Shown one piece after another: positions 1-8,977 of a stretch of 64,000 nucleotides of DNA. A program made the position numbers and the translations under genes. The notes beneath the pieces are model-generated. The model worked only from the letters and a program-made list of their open reading frames with translations. It was not told where the DNA came from and made no database searches. The stretch is from Planctomycetota bacterium (GTDB lineage Bacteria > Planctomycetota > B15-G4 > SIAN01), in contig JANNXA010000016.1 of NCBI GenBank assembly GCA_031409275.1, positions 1 to 64,000 of the forward strand, written 5' to 3'. The first letter of the stretch is position 1. Every line of letters starts with the position of its first letter.

Positions 1-1936
1 TGCAGTCTGCGCCGATGATGCCGCGCCCCAGGTAGGGACTCTTCCACTCGTCGTAGAGTCGGTATTGGTCGCTCGCCGCCGTTGGATCGACTGGGATGAG
101 GGTCGAGCCGTACGGCGTGGACGGCAATTCGAGGATGTGGAGGTACCCTTCGAAGTTGGCGAAGACCACTTCGAGGTTGTTGTCGCCGTCGAGGTCGAGC
201 ACGTGCATGTTGTCGTGGAAGCCGATCCACGTCCCATGCCCGATCGTCTTGATGGTTCCGCCCGTCGTGCCATCGGGACTGCGATAGACTGGCGTCATTC
301 CCGCTTGAGCGTCCATCGGCGTGAGGATCGTCGGGTTGGCGATCGGGTCGACGTGGACGTGGCGCAACGTGTGAGTGTAGGGGTTCGGATAGGGATTGCT
401 GGGCGCGGTGCCAATGGGTGGGAACTCCGCGTTGTCGGCGACCGTCGCGACGCCGGGCTTCAGAGCGTTCCACTCGGTTCCGGCCCATGCCGCGAACTCA
501 TGCACCCCTGGAATGAAGCCCGCCGTCGGGTCGTGCTCCCAGTTCTTCAGCAGTTTCGGTTGGAACGAACCGCCTGTGCCGAAGGTCAGCGTGTGATCCT
601 CGCTTGGCCAGTGCATCGGGTAGTTGAACTCGTTGTCGCCGACGCGACCGTTCACCGGGACCTTCAGTTCTCCCGGACGTCGGTTCGTGGAGATCGCGGC
701 CAAATCCCACGCCTTGTTCGTGCCCTTTGGATCGTCGAATCGAACTCCCAGCACGTCGACCAGCAGGAACTGCGAGGTCCAGATCGGATCGGTCGAGGGC
801 AGCCAGCCGGCATGGCCGATCGCTGCCGATCGGTCCATCTGCAGGTCGTAGTACTCAGTCTGCGCATAACCGAAGTCGCTGATGTTCCATGCCGCCGTAC
901 CGCTGAAGATCGCCGGCTGGAGGAAGTTCATCACGCCGGACGAGAGCTGGCCCCACGACAAACCGTCGAGATAGGACCTCGCGACGGCAATGGGCGGCCA
1001 AGTCGCCGATGAATAGGTGTGAGGAATCGGCGCGGTCGACCACTCCGAGCGCACGAAAGCCTCGGCCTCCTGCGTGCGCTGGATCGAGATCCAGAGGTTG
1101 TTCGAGAGGTTCTCGCCGACGTAAACGACGATGTCGCCCGCCTCGATCGCCTGCGCCGCCATCCCGAGCATCTCGGTGCCGTTGGAGTAGCGGCCACCGT
1201 CGTAGGTCATGAACGCGCCCGACGCCGGTCCCGAGAACTGCTGCGGCCAGCCATCAACGTCTCGGAAGCGGTTCTTGTTGCTGCCGAGGTGGCGCCAGTG
1301 GAAGGGATAGTTCACCAGCAGGATCGACGCAGGCACCACCGGCACCGGCCGCGCTGGCTTCAAGAGGTCGTCCGCGGCCATGCAGATCATCACCGGGCCG
1401 CCATTCAGCTTGTACGGCCACATCAAGACCTTGCGTTTGCCGGCACCCGGCACACCGTTCGTACCCGTGCAGTTCCACCAAGCCTGCGCCACCACCGGGA
1501 AGCTGGTGGCGCCGCCACTCGAAATCAACGAGGTGAGATCCGTGTCGATCTCGGCACGCGTCTGAAGCGCCGTATTGAACGGCAACACTCCCTCCGCTGC
1601 GCCGAGCGCGGCATCAATCCTCGAGTCGAACTCGTAGAGGTCGAGGCCGTACTTCTTCACCAGATCGAGGAAGTTGCCAAAAGTGGGGTTGTACGGCACC
1701 GCATAGTGGTGCCCACCCGTCCCGACCTCGTCGTAACGCTGGTAAGGAATGAACCCGCCGAGATCGACCTGTGTCTCCGCGGCGTCCGCTTCGTAGGTGT
1801 TGCTGCGACCATCGTTGACGTAGTAGCGCTTGACGTTCGTCTGCGCGGCGGCGATTGGAGCGAGGGACGCGAGGGAGACGGCGCACAGCGCCGCACGCAG
1901 GCGCCCGAGTGTCGATGCGCCCCCCCCCCGCACCAT
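1..1936 (-). CDS. Large secreted protein (3' end runs off the window): signal peptide, alpha/beta-hydrolase-like GxSxG region, FG-GAP-type motif
   Basis: Missing from the ORF track because it has no stop in the window. Translated by hand from ATG 1936 to base 2 without a stop: MVRGGGASTLGRLRAALCAVSLASLAPIAAA|QTNVKRYY...; contains SYLDGLSWGQLSSG (GxSxG) and DLDGDNNLEVVFAN. Start uncertain because of the G10 tract. Confidence 0.75.
   Translation of the reverse strand, partial: MVRGGGASTLGRLRAALCAVSLASLAPIAAAQTNVKRYYVNDGRSNTYEADAAETQVDLGGFIPYQRYDEVGTGGHHYAVPYNPTFGNFLDLVKKYGLDLYEFDSRIDAALGAAEGVLPFNTALQTRAEIDTDLTSLISSGGATSFPVVAQAWWNCTGTNGVPGAGKRKVLMWPYKLNGGPVMICMAADDLLKPARPVPVVPASILLVNYPFHWRHLGSNKNRFRDVDGWPQQFSGPASGAFMTYDGGRYSNGTEMLGMAAQAIEAGDIVVYVGENLSNNLWISIQRTQEAEAFVRSEWSTAPIPHTYSSATWPPIAVARSYLDGLSWGQLSSGVMNFLQPAIFSGTAAWNISDFGYAQTEYYDLQMDRSAAIGHAGWLPSTDPIWTSQFLLVDVLGVRFDDPKGTNKAWDLAAISTNRRPGELKVPVNGRVGDNEFNYPMHWPSEDHTLTFGTGGSFQPKLLKNWEHDPTAGFIPGVHEFAAWAGTEWNALKPGVATVADNAEFPPIGTAPSNPYPNPYTHTLRHVHVDPIANPTILTPMDAQAGMTPVYRSPDGTTGGTIKTIGHGTWIGFHDNMHVLDLDGDNNLEVVFANFEGYLHILELPSTPYGSTLIPVDPTAASDQYRLYDEWKSPYLGRGIIGADC
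1920..1929. repeat. C10 (G10 on the coding strand) homopolymer in codons 3-6 of the secreted-protein gene
   Basis: Sequence gcg-cccccccccc-gcaccat; the longest homopolymer I noticed in the window. Confidence 0.9.
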
Positions 1937-2213
1937 CTTGCTGCGAGCCGCCGCCCACGGCGCGGCCCCGCTCAATCCCTGCGCATCGCATCCGCACCAT
2001 GAACTCTTGCATCGACTCGCCCTCCTCTTCGCCGCGGCCGTGGCCAGTCGCCACCCCGTCAGCGCACCCCCAGAGAGCCTGCCCGTCGTGATCGAGAGCG
2101 GGTCAACTCTCCTCGCGATCGGTCGAACGGGACGAAGAGCTAGCTCTCGATTCGAGGGCGTCAAGGGCGCTCAAGAGTCGTCACGACCGGGAGCGGTCTT
2201 CGCGCTCCCTCAG

Positions 2214-3407
2214 TCACGCCTCCTTCTCGGCCGCCCCCACCCGCTCCACCAATTGCATCACAACGTGCGCCATTGCCTGCCACGTGAACTGCGACGCGCG
2301 GGCGGCTCCGCGCTCGATCAGCTCGGCGCGCAACGTCGCGTCGCGGCCCATCTGCAGCAGCGCGGCAGCGATCGACGCTTCCGACTCGGGGTCGATCAGC
2401 AGCGCCGCATCGCCCGCTACTTCACGCGTCGACGAGCGATTCGAGGTGATGACCGGCACGCCGAGCGCGAAGGCCTCGGCAACCGGCAGCCCGAAGCCCT
2501 CCCACAGCGACGGGTAGACCAACGCGCACGCCGAGCGCATCCACGCGACGAGTTCCGCCTCGTCGACCGCGCCGCGCACCAGGACCGGCGCCTCCGGGCC
2601 GCAGCGGGCGAGCTCCGCTTCAAGCTCGGCGCGCTGCCAACCCCACGCCCCCACCAGCACCAGTTCCTGCGTGAGCCCTTCGGCGCGCGCCGCTCGATAG
2701 GCCCGCACCAGGCGCGGCAGGTTCTTCCTCGGCTCGAGCGTGCCAACGTGGACGAAGTAGCCAGAGCGCGGCGGGTTCCACGTTCCGCTCGTCGAGGCGT
2801 CGCTTTGCGCCCCTCGCGTGCGCAGCACGTGATCGCCACCCAGTGGCACCACGTGGATCCGCTCGCTGGCCACGCTCCAGCGTCTCACCAGATCGTCGCG
2901 CGTCGAGACGCTCGGCACGACGATCGCCGCGGCGCCGTCGATGGCCGCGCGCAGCCGCTCGCGCGCCGGTTCGTGGAAGCCTTGGTCGTGGAAGTCGCGC
3001 GACACTTCGAAGGCGAGGTCGTGGACCATCACGATCTGCGGGCAGCGCAGCCCCGCGACGAAGACGAGGTCGGTGTGGAGGAAGGCGTCGAGCGGCCCCG
3101 TCAGCCAATCGGTGGCAAACCACGGCAGGCGCGCGGCCCACTGCAGCACCTTCGCCGGCAGGCGCGGCGCGAAGAGGCGCACGTTCGGCAGGCCGAGCAA
3201 CTCGCGCGGCAGCGGCTGCGCCCAGCCGCGACCGTGGCGCGAGGCGCCGTACAGCACCACTTCGAGCGCCGGGTCGGACAACGCCAACGCGCGCGCTAGC
3301 TCGACCGCGACGCGCCCGATGCCGCACGGTCCGCGCAACGCCGCGCGCACGTCGATGCCGATTCGACGAAGCGGGTGGTGTCGATGGCTCGTCGCCGCGC
3401 CGCTCAT
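2214..3407 (-). CDS. GT4 (GT-B fold) glycosyltransferase
   Basis: IGIDVR...GIGR N-terminus, VHDL, VGTLEPRKN, YPSLWEGFGLPVAEA (E-x7-E); ATG overlaps the flippase TGA (ATGA). Confidence 0.93.
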   Translation of the reverse strand: MSGAATSHRHHPLRRIGIDVRAALRGPCGIGRVAVELARALALSDPALEVVLYGASRHGRGWAQPLPRELLGLPNVRLFAPRLPAKVLQWAARLPWFATDWLTGPLDAFLHTDLVFVAGLRCPQIVMVHDLAFEVSRDFHDQGFHEPARERLRAAIDGAAAIVVPSVSTRDDLVRRWSVASERIHVVPLGGDHVLRTRGAQSDASTSGTWNPPRSGYFVHVGTLEPRKNLPRLVRAYRAARAEGLTQELVLVGAWGWQRAELEAELARCGPEAPVLVRGAVDEAELVAWMRSACALVYPSLWEGFGLPVAEAFALGVPVITSNRSSTREVAGDAALLIDPESEASIAAALLQMGRDATLRAELIERGAARASQFTWQAMAHVVMQLVERVGAAEKEA

Positions 3408-4858
3408 TCGGCGATCCCCAGGCGCAGTGGCAGCGCGCCCGCGAGGAAGAGCGCGCCCGCTTCGAGCGCAAGCCCGATCGGCAGCGTCCACCACGGCGCG
3501 AGGTCGGCCCACGCGAAGACGACCAGCGCCACCGGCAGCGCGGCCAGCAGCGGCCGTGCAAGCGCGCGCGACAACGCCCATTCGCCGGTGGCGCGACGCA
3601 GCTCGAGGCTCACCCAGCCCAGCACGAACCACTCGGTCAACAGCGTCCCCAACGCCGTGCCCGGCACGCCGAGCCAGCGAATGGTCGCGCTCGACAGCGC
3701 CACCTTGAGCAGCAGCGCGACGATCGACACTCGTGCCAACACTCGCTGGCGGCCAAGCGCGGTGAGCGCGTGCATCTGCGGATAGGTGAGGAAGATCGCG
3801 ACGCCCGCGCCGATCAGCAACGGCAGCGCCTCGCGCAAGTCGCCATTCGCGGCCAGGAAGCTCGAGTAGCTCTCCCCGTCGAGATGGCGCGCCCAGAAGA
3901 GGTAGAGCACCTGGCCGCTCCAAGCCACGCCGATGGCGACCGCCGGCAACGCGATGCCAGCCAGCACCGTGCAGGCGCGTCGCGTCAGCGCCATCAGCGG
4001 CGCCGGCCCGCGTCCCGCCGCGCGCGTCAACGCCGGAAAGAGCGCCGACGACAGGTAGGTCGGCACGGCGATGGCCAGCGACAGCATCGGGAAGGTGCGC
4101 GCGTAGCGTCCGTTCGCCGCGTCGCCGCAGATCGAGTTGAGCAGCAGCGCGTCCATGCGGAAGTAGAGCGTGGAGACGGCCGCCGAGAGACCGAGCGGCA
4201 CCATCGCGATCAGCAGCTCGCGCATCAGCCCCGGCTCGACGGGACCGAGCAACGTGACGTGGCGGCGCGCGGCGAACCACGGAACCAGCCCCTGCACGAA
4301 GAGGCCGCCCGCGAACGCGAGCAGGAAGAGCCCAGGCTCATGCACGTCGGTGTGGGTCAACGCGACGACGGCTCCGATGTAGAGCCCGAAGCCGACCAAC
4401 GGCGCCAGCGCGATGGCGGTGAGGCGCACGCGCGACTGCAGCCACGCCGCCGCGGTGCATGGCGCCACCGCCAGCAGGTGAAGCGACGCCACCATCGGCA
4501 GCGCGGCGCGCGCGAGGCTGCCCTCCTTCCACCACGAGATCGCCGCGCACAAGACGACGCAGCCGGCGACCGTCGCGAGGCGGATGCGGAAGGTCGCGCG
4601 CAGGATCGCCGCTTCGCGCTCGGGTCGGCGGGTCACTTCGCGCACCGCGATCGCCATCGACCCGAGGTCGACGAGCGCGCCGACGATGAGGAAGAGCGTG
4701 AAGTGGAAGTTGAAGCGGCCGAGCCGCTCGTCGCCGAGATGGCGGCCGATCAGGACGATCGCCGACGCCGAGCAGAACGCCGAGGCGAGGCGTGCGGCGA
4801 GCTGCAGCCCGGTGCCGGACAGCACCCGTCGCTCGAGCGTGGTTCGTTCGTGGTTCAA
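3404..4858 (-). CDS. Wzx-like oligosaccharide flippase / polysaccharide export protein (MOP superfamily)
   Basis: 484 aa with many hydrophobic segments; LVDLG...AVREV and LYFRMD motifs; coupled to the GT4 gene. Confidence 0.85.
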   Translation of the reverse strand: MNHERTTLERRVLSGTGLQLAARLASAFCSASAIVLIGRHLGDERLGRFNFHFTLFLIVGALVDLGSMAIAVREVTRRPEREAAILRATFRIRLATVAGCVVLCAAISWWKEGSLARAALPMVASLHLLAVAPCTAAAWLQSRVRLTAIALAPLVGFGLYIGAVVALTHTDVHEPGLFLLAFAGGLFVQGLVPWFAARRHVTLLGPVEPGLMRELLIAMVPLGLSAAVSTLYFRMDALLLNSICGDAANGRYARTFPMLSLAIAVPTYLSSALFPALTRAAGRGPAPLMALTRRACTVLAGIALPAVAIGVAWSGQVLYLFWARHLDGESYSSFLAANGDLREALPLLIGAGVAIFLTYPQMHALTALGRQRVLARVSIVALLLKVALSSATIRWLGVPGTALGTLLTEWFVLGWVSLELRRATGEWALSRALARPLLAALPVALVVFAWADLAPWWTLPIGLALEAGALFLAGALPLRLGIAE

Positions 4859-4896
4859 GCGGCGCGAGAAGCTACCGCTGCTACGCTGCGCCGCCC

Positions 4897-5526
4897 ATGA
4901 ACCTCGCCAAGACGCCCGGTGCCGGCCGCCTCATCGTGCTCGAGGGAATCGACGGCACCGGCAAGACGACGCTGTGCGCTCGCCTCGCCGCGGCGCTGCG
5001 GCTGGAGGGGCGCGAGGTGGTCGAGACGCGCGAGCCGTGGCACTCGCCGGCCGGGAAGGCGCTGCGCAAGCTGCTGGCGGCGAAGGAGCGGACCACCAGT
5101 GGCGACGAGGAGCTCGAGCTCTTCCATGCCGATCGCGAGGCGCACGTGCGCGAGCTCGTCGCGCCAGCATTGGCGCGCGGCGCGTGGGTCGTGCAGGACC
5201 GGACCTACTGGTCGACGGCGGCCTACCAGGGCGCGCGCGGCGTTTCGGTGGCGGCGATCCTGAAACGCAGTCGTGCGATCGCGCCGACCCCCGACCTCAC
5301 CGTGCTGCTCGAGCTGTCGCCCGAACAGGCGCTCGCGCGAATCCACGCGAATCGCGCCGGTGTCAGCAGCTTCGAGAAGCTCGACGACCTGCGCGCCGTC
5401 GCCCGCGTCTACGCCGAGCTCGCGCGCACCGAACCTTCCATCGAGCGGATCGCCGCCGATCGACCGCTCGAAACCGTCGCGCACGATCTGCTCACCCTCT
5501 GCAAAGCGCGTCTCGGCGCGCCCTGA
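4897..5526 (+). CDS. tmk: Thymidylate (dTMP) kinase
   Basis: LIVLEGIDGTGKTT P-loop, TREP, DR..H, DRTYWSTAAYQG, PDLT. Confidence 0.95.
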   Translation: MNLAKTPGAGRLIVLEGIDGTGKTTLCARLAAALRLEGREVVETREPWHSPAGKALRKLLAAKERTTSGDEELELFHADREAHVRELVAPALARGAWVVQDRTYWSTAAYQGARGVSVAAILKRSRAIAPTPDLTVLLELSPEQALARIHANRAGVSSFEKLDDLRAVARVYAELARTEPSIERIAADRPLETVAHDLLTLCKARLGAP

Positions 5527-5560
5527 ATCCCGGCGCCGCCCGATCGTCCGCTCGCCAATG

Positions 5561-5678
5561 GGTGGCGGGGATCTTTCCACCACCGTTCCCGCACTAGTGC
5601 GGCTTCGGCGGGGAAAAGATCCCCGCCACCTGTTCGACGGCACGGCGCGGCTTCGGCGGGGGAAAGATCCCCGCCACC
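5561..5678. repeat. REP-like cluster: three copies of GGTGGCGGGGATCTTT(T/C)CC..., one forward and two reverse
   Basis: Forward copy at 5561; reverse copies at ~5599-5630 and ~5647-5678; central perfect palindrome GCACTAGTGC (5591-5600); lies between convergent genes. Confidence 0.8.
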
Positions 5679-5679
5679 G

Positions 5680-6516
5680 TCAGCGGCCGATCAGGACGGC
5701 GGCGTGGCCGGCGAGCGCGTCGAGGTGCTCGCGGGCATCTTCGTCGAGCGGCAAGTTGGAGAGCAGCGCGACGGCACCGAGGTGGCGGTCGCCCTGCGCG
5801 AGCGGGACGAGTGCCAGGCACGGCAGGCGCGCCGCGGTGAAGGCGAGCGGGTCGGGGCACCACGCTTCCTGCGCAAGGTTCTCGCTCTCGAGCGTCGCCG
5901 CCTCGTCCACCAACCGCCAGAGCAGCTTCGCCTCGATCGGCGAGGGCAACGGGCGCACGGAACAAGCGGTCGCCGCGACCTTCGGCGCGCCGTCCAACTC
6001 GGTCCAGATCCATGCCGCCGCACCATCGAGCTGCGCCACCAACGTGCAGGCCAGGAAACGCAGGACCGCATCGGCATCGCCGAGCGTCGTCATCTGGGTG
6101 AGCGTGAAGGCCAGCTGGCGGCGGCGCATGCGCCGCTCGTCGTCGGCGCGCCGATCGATCAGCCGAACGTAGCGGAACGCCGAGTGGTCGCCGACCAGCA
6201 GCGACTCGACGTCGCACGCGATCGGCTCACCGTCGCTCGCGCGTAGCAGCACCGACTGCGGTGCCGCCCCAGCGAGCAGCGCCGCCATGTCGAGCGGCTG
6301 GCTCGGCTCGGCGAACTCCGCCAACCGCCGACCCGCGGCGCGCAGGCGCGACAGGCGTAGCAACCGCTCGGCGGCTGAGTTGCAGTCGACCAGGAGCAGT
6401 TCGTCGCCATGAACCAGAAGGAGCGCTTCGCTCGAGCGCTCGAACAGCAGACGGGCTCGTTGCTCGAGCTCGGCGCTGGAAGCCCAGGTAGCGCTCGGCA
6501 GCAGCAGTTCCGACAT
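5680..6516 (-). CDS. PAS-domain (plus GAF-like) sensory protein with no output domain
   Basis: LFERSSEALLLV...DCNSAAERLL PAS signature; C-terminal LALVPLAQGDRHLGAVALLS...LAGHAA is GAF-like. Confidence 0.75.
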   Translation of the reverse strand: MSELLLPSATWASSAELEQRARLLFERSSEALLLVHGDELLLVDCNSAAERLLRLSRLRAAGRRLAEFAEPSQPLDMAALLAGAAPQSVLLRASDGEPIACDVESLLVGDHSAFRYVRLIDRRADDERRMRRRQLAFTLTQMTTLGDADAVLRFLACTLVAQLDGAAAWIWTELDGAPKVAATACSVRPLPSPIEAKLLWRLVDEAATLESENLAQEAWCPDPLAFTAARLPCLALVPLAQGDRHLGAVALLSNLPLDEDAREHLDALAGHAAVLIGR

Positions 6517-6545
6517 GGTGGACGATTCCGATTGCGGACGCGATC

Positions 6546-6938
6546 TCAGCTCGGCGGGAGCGGCGACGACGCCACGCCACGCAGCCAGCGGCCGACGCTG
6601 TCGAGCTCGCGCTCGACCGCCGCGAGCGCTTCCGGCCCGCCGGCGAACTCGCCGCGACGCGCGTTCGCCTCGAGATGGCGAGTCGGTTCCGCGATCGAAG
6701 CGACGCCCAGGTTGAGCGCCGCGCCCTTCAGGCGATGAGCGGCGCGCTCGAGGCTGCCGGAGTCGCCGGAGGCGAAGGCCTCCTGCATCGCGACGAGCGT
6801 GCTGGCCGCGTCGGTGAGGAAGAGCTCGGCGGTCTCGGCCAGCAGCGACTGTTCTTCGAGCAGTCCGATCTCGCGCAACCGATCGAGCACCTCGGGATAG
6901 GTGCTCGCCCCGCCTGTCGATCCGTCGTTCGCCGCCAT
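6546..6938 (-). CDS. Stand-alone Hpt phosphotransfer protein
   Basis: AAHRLKGAALNLG Hpt motif, ~130 aa. Confidence 0.9.
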   Translation of the reverse strand: MAANDGSTGGASTYPEVLDRLREIGLLEEQSLLAETAELFLTDAASTLVAMQEAFASGDSGSLERAAHRLKGAALNLGVASIAEPTRHLEANARRGEFAGGPEALAAVERELDSVGRWLRGVASSPLPPS

Positions 6939-7183
6939 CGCGCCTGTCTCCAAGCCGCTCGTCGTCGAGATTGCACGGCAACCCCGCCTTACGCCGAGTC
7001 GTCGCGCTCCCTCGATCGGCGCCGGCAGCGGCCCGAGCCGGCACCGATCTGGCCCGCCGAGCCGCGGCCGGCAAACGATTCGCGATTTCCGTGCAGGGTG
7101 AAAACGTTGGAGGGCGCGCCGCAGTCAGGGGAGCGCGGATCGGCGCCGGCCGACCGCATCCCCCCGCACGAAGGAGCACCTCG

Positions 7184-8923
7184 ATGCAGCGCCGCATGAA
7201 CCGCTCGATCCGCCGCGACCGCCACCTCTCCCGCCTGATCACCGTGACCACGGCGTGCCGCCGCGCCGCTTTCGGCATCGCGCTGATGGCGGCGGACGCC
7301 ACCGCGCACGAGACGACGCGCGTCAGCGTGGACTCGGCGGGCACCGAGGCGAACGGCTCCAGCTTCCTCTCGTTGGCGGGGCTTTCCGCCGACGGGCAGG
7401 TGATCGCGTTCCAGAGCTCCGCTTCGAACCTCGTCGCCGGCGACACCAACGGCATCGAGGACGTCTTCGTCCACGATCGCGCGACGGGGCTCACGCACCG
7501 CGTCAGCGTCGACTCGGCGGGCGGGCAGATGGACCAGAGCAGCGCCGGCTACATCGAAGGGGCCTCGATCTCGGGAGACGGGCGGTTCGTGGCCTTCTCG
7601 ACCGACGCCTCCGACCTCGTCGCCGGTGACACCAACGGCGGTTTCGACATCTTCGTCCACGATCTCGCCACCGGCGTCACCGAACGGGTGAGCGTCGACT
7701 CGGCCGGCGCCGAAGCGGACTTCGAGAGCTACGAGCCGTCGCTCTCGGCGAACGGGCAGTTCGTCGTCTTCGCGAGCGCCGCGACCAACCTCATCGCCGG
7801 CGACACCAATGGCGTGACCGACGTCTTCGTCCATGACCGCGCGAGCGGAACCACGGAGCGGGTCAGCGTGGCGACGTCGGGCACGCAGGGGGCCCTCGAC
7901 AGCTACAAGCCGACGATCTCGGCCGACGGGCAGGTCGTCGCCTTCTTCAGCCAGGCGACGACGTTCGCCTCCGGCGATACGAACAACGCGCCCGACATCT
8001 TCGTGCACGAGCGCGCGACCGGCCTCACCACCTGCGTGAGCGTCGACTCGGCGGGCGGCCTCGCCGATGGCGCCAGCGATGCGCCGTCGATCTCCGCGGA
8101 CGGGAAGGTCGTCGCGTTCGAGAGCGACGCCACCAACCTCGTCGCGGGCGACAGCAACGGGACCACCGACATCTTCGTCCACGAGCGGGCGAGCGGCACG
8201 ACGCGCCGCGTCAGCGTCGACTCGGCGGGCGCGCAGGGCGCCGGCTCGAGCAGCGACCCGGCACTCTCCTCCGACGGGCGCTTCGTCGCGCTGCGCAGCA
8301 GTTCCGACCAGCTCGTGCCCGGCGACGGCAACGGAGTGAGCGACACCTTCGTCCACGACTGCACCACCGGGCTCATCGAACGCGTCAGCGTCGACTCGGC
8401 CGGCGTGGAAGGGAACGGCGTCAGTTACCACCCGTCGCTCTCCGCCGATGGGCAGATCGTGGCCTACTACAGCTTCGCCTCGAACCTCGTGGCCGGTGAC
8501 GCGAACGTGGCCCACGACGTCTTCGTCCACAGCCGCTGCGTCGACGCGAGCTGGTCGACCTACGGAGTCGGTTTCGCCGGCACCAACGGCATTCCAGCGT
8601 TCACGGCGCAGGGCGATCCGCTGCTCGGGACGACGGTCACCGTCGCGCTCGCCAATTCCTCGAACGCGACGACCCTTGCCTACGTCTTGATCGGCGGCAC
8701 GTCGATCCTCGTCCCGACCGGCAAGGGCGGCGACCTGCTGGTCGCACCGTCCTCGACGATCGTCCTCGTGTTGCCGACCGGCGGTGCGACGATCGACGGC
8801 GACATCGCCGACGACGAGGCGCTCTGCGGCCTCGAACTGTTCCTCCAGGCGCTCGAACTCGATCCGGGTGCGCAAAAGGGGGTCTCGTTCACCGCGGGAC
8901 TGAACCTCGTGATCGGGCGGTGA
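7184..8923 (+). CDS. Secreted TolB/PD40-like beta-propeller protein with a conserved C-terminal domain
   Basis: SD AAGGAG before ATG 7184; signal-like N-terminus; 7 repeats of RVSVDSAG...SxDG..VAF.S.A.NLVAGDTNG..DVFVHD; distinct ~125-aa C-terminal domain from ~8552. Confidence 0.85.
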   Translation: MQRRMNRSIRRDRHLSRLITVTTACRRAAFGIALMAADATAHETTRVSVDSAGTEANGSSFLSLAGLSADGQVIAFQSSASNLVAGDTNGIEDVFVHDRATGLTHRVSVDSAGGQMDQSSAGYIEGASISGDGRFVAFSTDASDLVAGDTNGGFDIFVHDLATGVTERVSVDSAGAEADFESYEPSLSANGQFVVFASAATNLIAGDTNGVTDVFVHDRASGTTERVSVATSGTQGALDSYKPTISADGQVVAFFSQATTFASGDTNNAPDIFVHERATGLTTCVSVDSAGGLADGASDAPSISADGKVVAFESDATNLVAGDSNGTTDIFVHERASGTTRRVSVDSAGAQGAGSSSDPALSSDGRFVALRSSSDQLVPGDGNGVSDTFVHDCTTGLIERVSVDSAGVEGNGVSYHPSLSADGQIVAYYSFASNLVAGDANVAHDVFVHSRCVDASWSTYGVGFAGTNGIPAFTAQGDPLLGTTVTVALANSSNATTLAYVLIGGTSILVPTGKGGDLLVAPSSTIVLVLPTGGATIDGDIADDEALCGLELFLQALELDPGAQKGVSFTAGLNLVIGR

Positions 8924-8977
8924 GTGCTCGGCCGGGACCACTCGTAGGATGACGCGCCCGTTCGAGGTCCCTGACGC

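Noticed and set aside
2136..2147. Perfect 12-bp palindrome AGAGCTAGCTCT upstream of the first gene
   Set aside because: Single occurrence with no recognisable regulator; may be chance.
5561..5678. Possible mini-CRISPR array
   Set aside because: Copies are in mixed orientation with very short spacers; REP fits better.
7310..8530. Regularly spaced repeats such as GTCAGCGTCGACTCGGC, superficially CRISPR-like
   Set aside because: They are in-frame coding repeats of the beta-propeller blades, the intervening sequences are homologous, and there are no cas genes.
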